Shown: in pieces, positions 53,200 through 64,000 of the stretch
Numbering within the stretch: position 1 is the stretch's first letter
Layout of the letters: each line of letters starts with the position of its first letter
Origin: Octopus vulgaris
Lineage: Eukaryota
DNA length: 64,000 nucleotides
Assembly: GCA_951406725.2 (NCBI GenBank)
Contig: OX597814.1
Span: 49,972,001 to 50,036,000 of the forward strand
Direction: 5' to 3'
Notes under the pieces: model-generated
The model's input: the letters and a program-made list of their open reading frames with translations, nothing else
The model's database searches: none
What the model was told of the DNA's origin: nothing
Translations under genes and position numbers: made by a program

Positions 53200-54760
53200 A
53201 AGATAACACCACAACTCGCCGATTTCAAGCCTAAGCCCAGCAACTTCTATGGCTTACCGAAAACACATAAATCAAAAGATATTCAGCATGCAGAAAAAAA
53301 ACAAAAGCAAAAAAAGGGAGTACATAAAATTATTGCATCCAAACGATTTAACACTTAGACTTATTATAGCTGGTCCAGCATGCTTTACCCACCATCTAAG
53401 AAGTTTTATTGACATTGTTTTGAAATCATGTGTACCTACACACCCAGTTTCATCCGGGATGACATCGACTTCTTGTCCCATTTTCCTAAAACAACTGAAA
53501 CAAATTAACTTCTACTTAGTTTTGGTGTGGCAAACCTCTACACCAATATTACACGTGATTTAGGAATAAAGGTGATTAAATACTGGGTAGACAAACATAA
53601 AGAAGTGATCCCCAAATGATTCAGAGTGTCATTTATATTAAACATAGTCAGACTTATTCTGGAAAACATCCTTCTTCAGTAGAAAAAATTACAACGAAAT
53701 TAAAGGCACGGTGATGGGTTTGTTCCCGTTTACGCGAACTCTGTAATGAAATATTTAGATCAGCAATTACCAAGAAGTAGGAGAAAACTATTGCACTGGA
53801 TTTAGAAAGTATATTGAAAAGGCTTGGAAGAGATACCTTGACGATTGTTTCATAATCTGGACAGAATCTCTAAATACTCCGGAAGAGTTCAATATCTTCC
53901 TGAACAAACTACACCTTTCTCTCCGATTTTCAAATTACCATTCCTAGTTATAATGGTAATTAAAAAGGACACCACCATTACCACAGATATATACTATAAA
54001 CACATGGACACACATCAATACATACAAAACGCTCATACCATACTGCCTAGCCAGAAGAATTTGTAGCATTGTAGAAAATGCGAATATCAGGAACAAACAC
54101 CTAACAGAACTAAGAGAAATTTTGCCCAAACAAAAATACCCGTCTCTACTTATAAAAAATGGCATACGGCGGTCTATAAAAATATTTATACAACAGCTTA
54201 GGACAACCCACAGAAGAGGAAAACAGAAACAAGTCATACTATTTATAGTGACACACAACCCATGTCACCAGAATATTTTCAACTTGCCAAAGCAAACCTA
54301 CCAACCATTACTCAATTAAAACATATAATCACAGATCGAGCTATGGTCCTTAGTAAAAGACTTGAAAAAACTATTAGCAAAGGCAAAGACTAATCATTCA
54401 CGGTATCTAAATGCAATGATAGCCGATGTGGCACATGCCAATTCATATATACTGGCCAAGGTATGAGCGCAAAAACCGGAAAAATATTTACAAACGCAAA
54501 TATGAACTGCAAAAGCAGAAATTTAATTTACTGCATCAAATGCCCGAATTGTGAAGAACTATATGTAGGTCAGACTGGAAATGCACTATCAGAACGTTCA
54601 CGTGTGCACTGACAGCAAATCAGAGACCCAGATGCCCATCAGATACTTTTGAGCAATCATCTAGCAACATGTGGTCGGAAAATAATATATAATATTTCCA
54701 TTCTACGAACTACACAATCCAAGTGAAATTGAGAGAAGAATCAGCGAAAATAACTAACTT
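53200..54760 (+). mobile_element. Decayed Penelope-like retroelement (RT + GIY-YIG)
   Basis: FYGLPKTHK, LRLIIAG, NLYTNI, GTVMG, WKRYLDDCFIIW, LPFL, IYYKHMDT, CNDSRCGTC, NLIYCIKCPNCEELYVGQT. Confidence 0.93.
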
Positions 54761-54926
54761 AGAGATACTATTTCTACTTCTACGACCACTACCACGAACA
54801 GCAACAATATTAAATGTGTTCATGAAGACAAAAGCAGGAAAATACTAAGTCAAGATAAAAGTCAGTAAAAATAATCATATTTACCAGAGCTAAGCGTACC
54901 ATTACCACCACCACCACCACTACCCT

Positions 54927-55051
<125 letters not shown>

Positions 55052-55783
55052 AGGTGATGATAATAATGATGATAATTGAAATGTAAAAATCCCTGGGAAA
55101 TGTTGTTTACAACATTTCTAAAAATAGCTCAACAATTACTGCTTTGGCAAGGGTCAAAATACAGGTCTCTTGACATGTTCAACAAACCGTGACGCATAAA
55201 CCAAACACCAATCAACTTAAATAAATAATCTAGTAAAACCGCACACTGATTGGTCAGAAAACAGTTTGCAAAAATTAGCATTCTGGAGCCTACACAAAAT
55301 TTATTTAAGGCACACAGTTTAGCCATCTCACTGCATGAACCACTACTACATGAACCTGAAGATTGCATAGTATAAAGCATGAAAGTACGAGTTGAATCAG
55401 AATGGACATTTAATATTCAATCATTTCATTATATTATATTTTCTGCTCGAGGCACTCTCGTGCTATTTCGCTTTCTATATCCATTCAGGATTTCTTCTAG
55501 GCATTATCCATCATTCTCGCGTTTGGCCGAAAGACTATTTATTCGGCTTCGTCTATCGTTTCAATTTACATTTGTTTACTTTCGTACGTCCACGCTGTAT
55601 TGTTTTGTTTGCTCGAGCCCCAATTCTCCGCGAATTTTTGAGAAGTTCTCAGTCTTATCGTTTGGTCCATAACTGATGAAAGGTCGGAGTCCTTCTGTGT
55701 CTGTCCTGCATGTATATTTTGTAGTATTTGATGCATTTTTCATTTATTGAGTAACTGAACACTATGTATCCCGACTTTTGTTT

Positions 55784-55828
<45 letters not shown>

Positions 55829-55842
55829 ATACATACATACAT

Positions 55843-55913
<71 letters not shown>

Positions 55914-55924
55914 CATACATACAT

Positions 55925-55992
<68 letters not shown>

Positions 55993-56689
55993 TCACAGAT
56001 TCATCTCGATAAAACCCCAAACCGGTACTGTTTGAACAACTGTTTTTTGTTACGGTATTTTTTCTACTCCCTTGACATTATTGCTCAGAATTGACTCATT
56101 GCAAACATATATCCATGTATTTTATTGCTCAGTATTTGTCATATAAAATAAATACCTTCTTAAATGCAAAATATTTTTCAGGTAACTTTTGCAGCAAATT
56201 TTGATGAAATAAAGCATTAACGTGATCGCTCACTTATATGCGATTCATTATCATCTATTTTAGTACTAAATAATTAAACGATTTCTAGTAAAAGATTTAA
56301 AAAGCGAGGAAAAGAGAAATGGACAACATATGTAAATGCAAATAAGTGTAAACATAAAAAGTTCTCACATTTTTTCCTTCGCATTGCAAAATCCGGGGAA
56401 AATTAAGTGTTCAGTTGTAACAATTTATTCGTCATCATTTGTATGGATGTCTCTGTTTCCCAGGTTCCTTTAGTAAATAACTATGCACCGTCTATATCTG
56501 TAGTGTAATGGATTCAGTGAAGAATTACTTTTCAAGAAAAATTACACTTTCAAGATGAATTCAAAGTTCTCTGTCTAGTTGTGTTGTCTATAATATGGTC
56601 AAATCTGTGTAAAGTTGTTGGTTAATTTGATAAACGAAGATTTAGAGTAGGTAAAATTGCGAGAATTATTTGTTTTTTGTACTGAAGGC

Positions 56690-57200
56690 AAAACATGCTA
56701 AATACCTATTTCTTTTTCTAAACTTTGAAAATATATTTTCTACTTGTGGAGGCCCGAGGAAGTGGCCTGAAACCGGCAAGCTTGACGCTGTTAATATGAG
56801 ATGAGCAGGGAAAAATTTCAGAGGATCGATGTACTGGTAACAAAGGTCTGGGCATAATGAAGTTGTTGAACGCACCAAGTGTGACGAGAAGTGGAAAGGT
56901 AGAGCGAGTGTCTGGGTAGTAGAGTTACGAAGTCAACCAGAACAAAGAAACAGAAGCCTTTATAATACTGATCGAAAAGACAGAGAGAAAAAGCAGCACG
57001 CCTGTAGGTCAGAGATTGAAACATGTCTATTAGTGATTGAGTCAAGTGACATGATCATTCTCTGGATGTTGTCCATATGTCTGCATGCATAGCAGCAGCG
57101 CTATCCCAGAAGCAGGTTTAGTACTTCATTGTGGGCCAAACTTGTGTCTTGTAGAGAATCAGCAACTTTTGGAGCTGAAGGATTTTATTTTCCGGCTCGT
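56690..57200 (-). pseudogene. CR1/Jockey-type LINE 3' remnant
   Basis: FQSLTYRRAAFSLCLFDQYY (LQxLxxRRxxxSLxLFYRYY-like). Confidence 0.6.
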
Positions 57201-58380
57201 TGGTATCATATTTAGAATTAAATCCGTTTTCTGACTGTTGCAACAGGAAATTTGCTGCACTTATTTATTTGGGTTCGCTGATAGAAAAAATTATAAGTGC
57301 ATTTTATGAGTCTAAATGTCTTAGCGATAAATGGTTGAAATATTCCTTTTTCGATATCAAATAAGATGTGAATTTCATACTGGGCTAAGATGTTTAAGCT
57401 TATGAAATACGCCAACAGTCCCTTATCAGCGAAAACAAATACAGAAATGTACTCATCACCTGCTGTAAACTTCTGTTTGCATCAGCAGGGAGATAGAATT
57501 AATCCTGAATAAGCACCAAAAATAAGAAAGAAGTAGAAAAATAATGTGCAATTTATTTTCCCCAAAGCCTCACTTTTATGCTTCTCACTTATGCTACAAA
57601 TGACAGTTGTGCATTTTAAATGTTTTCAATATGATCTCTTAGGAGAAATAATGGTGATCATTTATGCAATCCTGATTCATTTTACCAAACCCCACTGGCC
57701 TGCGAAACTTAGAATGATATTCCTCTCGGTAGTTGTGTAAAATGCTTTGGAGACTAATCTGTTAAAACATTTATCTATTGATCTATTCAATTGTAATTTG
57801 GAATGTTCTTTATGAAATATTTCTACGCTCTGCTAATAAACTGCATCATTGACTCTTAAAAAGTGAAATTATATTCTGTCCGAAAACTGCATTGCAGTGT
57901 CTATTAATGAAATTCTGTTTAATATCCCAGAACTGGAGAAAATTCCCAAGTGCTAAGCTTTCTATTTCATACATTCTCTATAGATATATACTCAGTAGTA
58001 TTTAGTAATTTGATGTATCTTTTAATAGCTGACTGCTCAACACTGTATCACACTCAGCTAATCAGAATATTTGCCACAAAAGTATCCTGTATTTGTAACT
58101 GATGTTTGAAGTAGAGACAATACTGTCGAAACTAGTAGAAAAACTGGGGATTTGTTGCATTTTCATTCCTGGGGGGGTTTTTGTAAAAATTTAGAAAATT
58201 CTAAAGGAATCTGAGAAAGTAGAATTAGGGTGGGTGGAACGCAGCAGACAATTTTGTATTCGCTCTATTATTCATATCACACAGTGTTCTAATTGTTTTG
58301 CAATTGTTAACAATCAATCTGTACAACTTATATGATTATCTCCAGAACTAACGTTTTATATTTCAGCCATCAAATATATT

Positions 58381-58431
<51 letters not shown>

Positions 58432-58432
<1 letters not shown>

Positions 58433-59878
58433 TAGCAGAAATACCAGGCGTTGCTCGGGTTAAAAAGAATAATGAAATTTAAAAACGCCGTCTAGATTAC
58501 ACAGGTCTCAACTGCTAGCAGCTAAGATACTAACTTTCTACATTAATAACTCTCCCACCTATGCCAGCATGGAATATAGACGTTAAGTGAAATGTTAAAA
58601 AAAAGTTTTCAACTCTAAATGTAACTCAAAAAACACGTTTTGTGTAACTTATTTCGTAACAAAAAAACAGGTACAGATTATAAACAATGAAAGGCCGATT
58701 TTGGCGATTCATTGTTGACAGAGGTAGTAGAGAGCCAATCCGCTGATAAATCTGACATTGGATCTTGAAAGTATGCATGAATTCTCTCTGAGTTACATCT
58801 CTTGTGGCTCCAAATGATATCTGTAGTGCAGCGTTGTATTGTCTAATTTTGTTTTGGAAGTGCTTGAAATCTTGGCCAGTTGATGACAAAAGTTTCTTCA
58901 ACGGCTCTGGAGGTAGGGAGAATGCAGGGAGATTAACCTTTCAACCACTGCAGTACAGTACAGGTGTGTCTCCAGGTCACTTCATTCCTTTACAATCTAT
59001 GCACTCAGTTATTGCACCAATGGAAACTCTAGTGTCGTCTGCATAATGAACTGATGGCTCATAATTGAAAGCTGCTTCATAGAAGTTGCTTCTCTGAGCT
59101 GTTGCAACTGCCCTTCGTTCTGCAGTGGAGATCCTATTGCTTGTCAGCCGTGAATACCTCTGTTCCTTACTCTGAGATGCTTTGGCTTTTGTAGTGCACA
59201 ATCTGTTCGTTTCTTGGTAAGCTTCCCTTTTTGTAGCTGTCTCTCATTCCCTGAACAGATACATTCTTTTGGCTGACCTTAACATTGTTGACAAATTTGA
59301 CACTTTCCTTCTAGGTATGGTTATATACGTATACAGAAATACACGGTGCAGAAGAGAGTAAACAATGAAAATAACTGGGTAACGGAAATTATATTTCTTA
59401 ATTCGACGGGCAAAAAGCAAAGAAGAAATTTTTACGGAAAATATAGAATTGTACGGGTTGAATCAAAATTTGTCAGTGAACCAAAAAGCCAGTATCGAAG
59501 AACCAGAAAAAAGCTGTTAACAACAGAAAAACACAAAACCGTTGCAAAAGTAAATAAGAAATTTTTGGGAAATTAACTAAGTGTACGGATTGTAGCAAAA
59601 TTTTTGAAGTTACTTCTGACAGTAAATTATGAACTTACTTTTATCAGTAATTCCGCAAAAAAAAAAAGAAAAAACACAAAAAACGTTGCAAAAGTAAATA
59701 AGAAATTTGTAAGCAAATTTAACGAAGTGTATGGTTTGAAGGGACATTTATGAAGTTACTTCTGTCAGTAAATTCTGTATGAAATTACTTTCATCAGTAA
59801 TTGTGAAGTTTCTGTCAGTAATTTGTCGTTGTTGTTTGTGAATACCGATTGAAGACTTAAAGTGAAAACAATAGAGAG
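58432..59878 (-). mobile_element. Internally deleted Helitron
   Basis: 3' end CCCGAGCAACGCCTGG hairpin plus CTAG|T in (TA)n; Rep-associated peptides AAFNYEP, CIDC, LPPEPL, KIRQYNAALQISFGA, FKIQCQIYQRIGSLLP; 5' end approximate. Confidence 0.88.
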
Positions 59879-59896
59879 GGAGTGAGATATAGAGAG

Positions 59897-59958
<62 letters not shown>

Positions 59959-60148
59959 CTATTTAGACAAATAAGAGAGGTATAGATAGAAAAGATATAG
60001 ACAGATAGAGATGGATAGACAGACATAGATAGCCTTTAGGTATTTACGCTTAGTCCGATTAATTCTCTTATCAAAAAACAAATAATCACAGTTTAATGCA
60101 ATGCTCTTTATAGATTCGAATGATAACCTTAGAGATATTTAATAATAG

Positions 60149-60357
60149 TTTCAAAGTTTCGTACAAGACCAGCAATTTCGAGAGAGGGGTTAAGTCGATT
60201 ACATTGAGCCCAGTGTTCAACTGTTACCTATTTTATCGACCCCAAGAGGATGGTAGGCAAAGTCGACTCCAGTGTAATTTGGTCTCAGAACATAAAGACG
60301 GACGAAATGTTGCTCAGCATTTTGCCCGGCGTGCTAACGACTCTGCCAGCGCGCCGC
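60149..60357 (-). mobile_element. SINE family A (older)
   Basis: Similarity to 47811-48018. Confidence 0.8.
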
Positions 60358-60547
60358 TTAAGAGACACATTTTATTTACACAGTCCTGAGCAAAGTAATT
60401 TCACACGAAGAATATTTAACAAAAATGAAGTAATATATATTTACATTGATATACATAAAACTTTTTGTAGTAATCTTGTGTATATATTAATGTAATTTTT
60501 ATTGTTATGGTCGAATTATTTAAAAATCATTTCTTGTAACCAATTTA

Positions 60548-60635
<88 letters not shown>

Positions 60636-60699
60636 TGTGTATACAGAGTTGCCAGGCTGATTTCCACGAAGAAAATCAGAATTATGTGTAAATCATATA

Positions 60700-60933
60700 T
60701 ATTTCTTTACTACCCACAAGGGGCTAAACATAGAGGGGACAAACAAGGACAAACAAACGGATTAAGTCGATTCCATCGACCCCAGTGCGAAACTGGTACT
60801 TAATTTATCGACCCCGAAAGGATGAAAGGCAAAGTCGACCTCGGCGTAATTTGAACTCAGAACGTAACGGCAGACAAAATACGGCTACGCATTTCGCCCG
60901 GCGTGCTACCGTTTCTGCCAGCTCGCCGCCTTG
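60700..60933 (-). mobile_element. SINE family A, full length with 19-bp TSD
   Basis: TSD ATTATGTGTAAATCATATA at 60681-60699 and 60934-60952. Confidence 0.93.
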
Positions 60934-60997
60934 ATTATGTGTAAATCATATAACTGTGTCTGTGTGCGCGTGCGCACGCTTTTGTATATGAGATAAA

Positions 60998-61470
60998 TTG
61001 ACTCGGTGAAACAGATGAGCTACTGGGAGAGGCTACAGGAATTGAAGCTCTAATCCCTGGAGAGAAAGCAACAAAGGTATATAGTAGAGATATACATATG
61101 GAAGACCCTGGACTTAAAAGCTATACCAACCATCGAACTGGACGGCACTGTATAATACCAAAGATACCGTCTTCTTCATCTCGGATAAGGACCCAATATT
61201 GCAACTACTTGCGTTTCAGGGGACCACAACTGCTTAACTTCCTGCTAAGGAACCTACAAGATCTGCAAGGTGTAGATGTGAAGAGGGTCAAATAATACTT
61301 GGATAAATTTCTATCTGAAATCCCAGATGAGTCCACATTGCGGCAGGAGGCATAAAGAAAGGCAGCTTCGTCCAACTCGTTTCTTTACCAAAAACGGTAC
61401 CGAAAGGAGACCCTATAACACGGAAAGGGAGTGCTTCAGCATGACCCCAGCCTCTGACTGAAGCCAGTGA
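60998..61470 (+). pseudogene. CR1-type LINE 3' end
   Basis: YWERLQELKL*SLERKQQRY, RTGRHC, RGPQLLNFL, LDKFLSEIPDE. Confidence 0.8.
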
Positions 61471-62939
61471 AGGAAGGAAGAAATTGAAGCTAGGAATATA
61501 TATACACATACGCACACACATAAGGTTATATATACATACACACATTCACACACATATATTCATGTACGTATGTATAGCTGCATGTTTGTATAGATGTAGT
61601 TATGCTTTTTTAATTTAACAAAATTCGAAAGTATATATATGTTAATATATTTTTTTACTGAATAATGTATAATTAAATTAATCTTTTCCGTGTTCTCCCC
61701 AAGAGCGTTATCGCATTTAAAAATATACGTTATCGCACTTGTCGAAAATTTATAGTAATAAGTGAAACGCTTTTTGTTCGTGTCAAACCATCCTGAAAAT
61801 GTTTCTGCTTATAACTATGTATTTCGTCTCTAAAGCAACGTATTTTACTACTGTCGTTCAGAGCGAACTTTGGGGTGAAAACCCATTTTTAGATTCATGA
61901 ATCTTAATGAATCTTTCAAAGAAAGAAAAGGAACAGCAAATAGGAATTTCAAAATCAGCGTAACAACAAGTGGAATTGACAAAATTTTAGATTGTAATAT
62001 TAATGGAATAACCATCTTTAAATGCAAAATCTTTAAAAACTCTTAGTGCAATTTGTAACTATATATTTATGTGAAAAACATTTCACTCCATATAATGTCA
62101 AAGAAGAAATTTATATATAGACCGAATATAGAAGCTGATTACAAATAACATCCAAAATTCTAAATATCATAAAATACTCTGTGACTTGAGGCAAGCTCAT
62201 TCGAGTCATTAACTATTGATATTTTAGTTATAAATTTGAATTTTTGAAAATTACGAAGTAAAAAAATATTTATATTATACTAACACAATGTTATTTTAAT
62301 GTGTATTGCAGAATCTCTACAATATTTTTTCAAATCAATTTTAGTTTCCGAAATTTGTTTTCCAAAGCTAGATGATTCTATGAATGCGAACATTTCCCGA
62401 AGCCCTACTCTCTTCTAAAAGCTAAAGTACCTTCTTTATCTGCAACCCAAATAGATGAAATCAAATTTATTAGATGCAAGGTAGCTAATAAATAATCTAA
62501 GGGATTCCTTTTTACTTTTTTCCTACTATTCTGTAGATTGTTGATTTGCTGAATTGTAAGTGCCAGAATGTATACTCGACAAGTTTTATCGTTTGCACTC
62601 CATAATCAGTGCTACGTGAAAGCCCAAGAAACCTAATTTTCAAATGATCCAAACCATTTAGCTTTAAATACGTATCTAAGGACACGAAACACTGGTAGAA
62701 GAAAAGATGCTACATAAGTAACGAGTATGCCGTCAACCTACAAAAGAAAAAGAATATACTCCGTCAAGCTTAATTGTTTTAGATACCCCAAGAAGAGACA
62801 TACTGGCGGCGAGCAAGTCATGCTGCTGTCACATAGAACAAGAACTGAAACTAAGAGGCTTCCTCCTATCTTTAAAAAAGCTATATTACTTACATCTCAT
62901 GATCATTGTATCGCTCTATCGAACAGACGGTCGGATGTT

Positions 62940-63135
62940 ATTATACACCACTAGTCATAATGCACTTCTTCGCATTGTTGTTGCTTTCAAACGATATCTT
63001 CTCATTGGCTAGGCGGGCAGGCCAAAATACCCCTAGAACAGAACGCCAGTCCATTGCAGAGTTACCTATTTACAGTTGAGTGGACTGGAGCAACGGGAAA
63101 TGAAGTGTTTTTCATAGGAACACAACGCACCGCCC
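62940..63135 (-). mobile_element. SINE fragment with CORE-like and V-like blocks
   Basis: Minus strand CACTTCATTTCCCGTTGCTCCAGTCCACTCAACTG ... CTGCAATGGACTGGCGT. Confidence 0.5.
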
Positions 63136-63679
63136 ACAATATATTTATATAACAGTATAAAATTGATTTTTAAAAGGCACAGTCGTATTAAAGAAATTTC
63201 TATATCAAAGAATTGATTTGCAATAGCAGGAATAGAAATGAATCCGAAGCGAGGAGGTAAACATGGAAAAATTTGTCTACTAATATTCATAAACTATAGA
63301 ATTATTTTTGTCATTTATATAAACTCTGAACTTCAGCAATTCTCTGATTGTCGGTCTGTATAGATCTCTCTCTCTTTCTCTCTCTCTCTCTCTTCCTATA
63401 AACTGCTTTATCTTAATTTTTTAACTGTTTGATTATACAGCTGATAAAGATAATGTTGAGTGCACGATTTTCAATTAGTTTTCTATCTTTCAGGTATAAG
63501 GTTAGCTTTCGTTTAGTTGGAACCTAACAAATTGAATCCTGAACGATGAAACTGGGAATTGGATAACATAAAAAAATATTCTACATACTATTCTCTGAGG
63601 TCAAGATCGGTGAAACAGAAAAAAAACAACACATTACACATTTTTGAATAAATAATGCTACTAATGCTCATTAAGAATG

Positions 63680-64000
63680 ATTTCCAATTTTTGAGGGAGG
63701 GGATTAAGTCGATTACACCGACCCCACTGTTTTACTGGCACTTAATTTATCGACCCCGAAATGATGAAAGGCAAAGTTGATCTCAGTGGAATTCAAACTC
63801 AAAACGTACCGACGGGCGAAATACCTATTTCTTTACTACCCATAAGGGGCTAAACACAGAGAGGACAAACAAGGACAGACAAACGGATTAAGTCGATTAT
63901 ATCGACCCCAGTGCGTAACTGGTACTTATTTAATCGACCCCAAAAGGATGAAAGGCTAAGTCGACCTCGGCGGAATTTGAACTCAGAACGTAGCGGCAGG
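63680..64000 (-). mobile_element. Two nested or adjacent SINE family A copies (second runs off the window)
   Basis: Older copy 63680-63823 breaks at GGGCGAAATAC; a younger copy's tail TATTTCTTTACTACCC starts at ~63826. Confidence 0.85.

Noticed and set aside
55670-55700. CTGATGA-AAGG..CCTT as a hammerhead
   Set aside because: No GAAA or stem III follows the hairpin
55785-55990. Duplicated (TA)(TG)(TACA)(CA) block as a structured element
   Set aside because: Tandem duplication of a compound microsatellite or an assembly artefact
57462-57510. Minus-strand micro-exon
   Set aside because: Weak donor and no supporting homology

Overview
AT-rich, microsatellite-dense eukaryotic DNA, intergenic or intronic. 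The SINE families and repeat load suggest an octopus/cephalopod genome (inference). I found no convincing host protein-coding gene; nearly all long ORFs are microsatellite artefacts or transposon remnants. The window holds tRNA-derived SINEs of at least three families, three mariner elements with TIRs plus Tc1/mariner fragments, several R4/Dong-type LINE remnants next to (TAA)n, CR1/Jockey/RTE remnants, a decayed Penelope element, a deleted Helitron and two MITE-like elements. Three observations stand out. (1) A 3.18-kb element (32078-35257) with long, internally repetitive TIRs encloses a 5'-truncated R2-clade retrotransposon that still ends in the 28S rRNA R2 target sequence, although no rDNA is present. 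The R2 3' UTR carries an antisense copy of that target. (2) A 176-bp piece of this R2 family is embedded in an unrelated LINE 4.3 kb upstream. (3) Several hammerhead-ribozyme motifs occur, including an intact type I hammerhead inside a terminally redundant ~507-bp unit inserted in (TA)n (retrozyme/Penelope pLTR-like).
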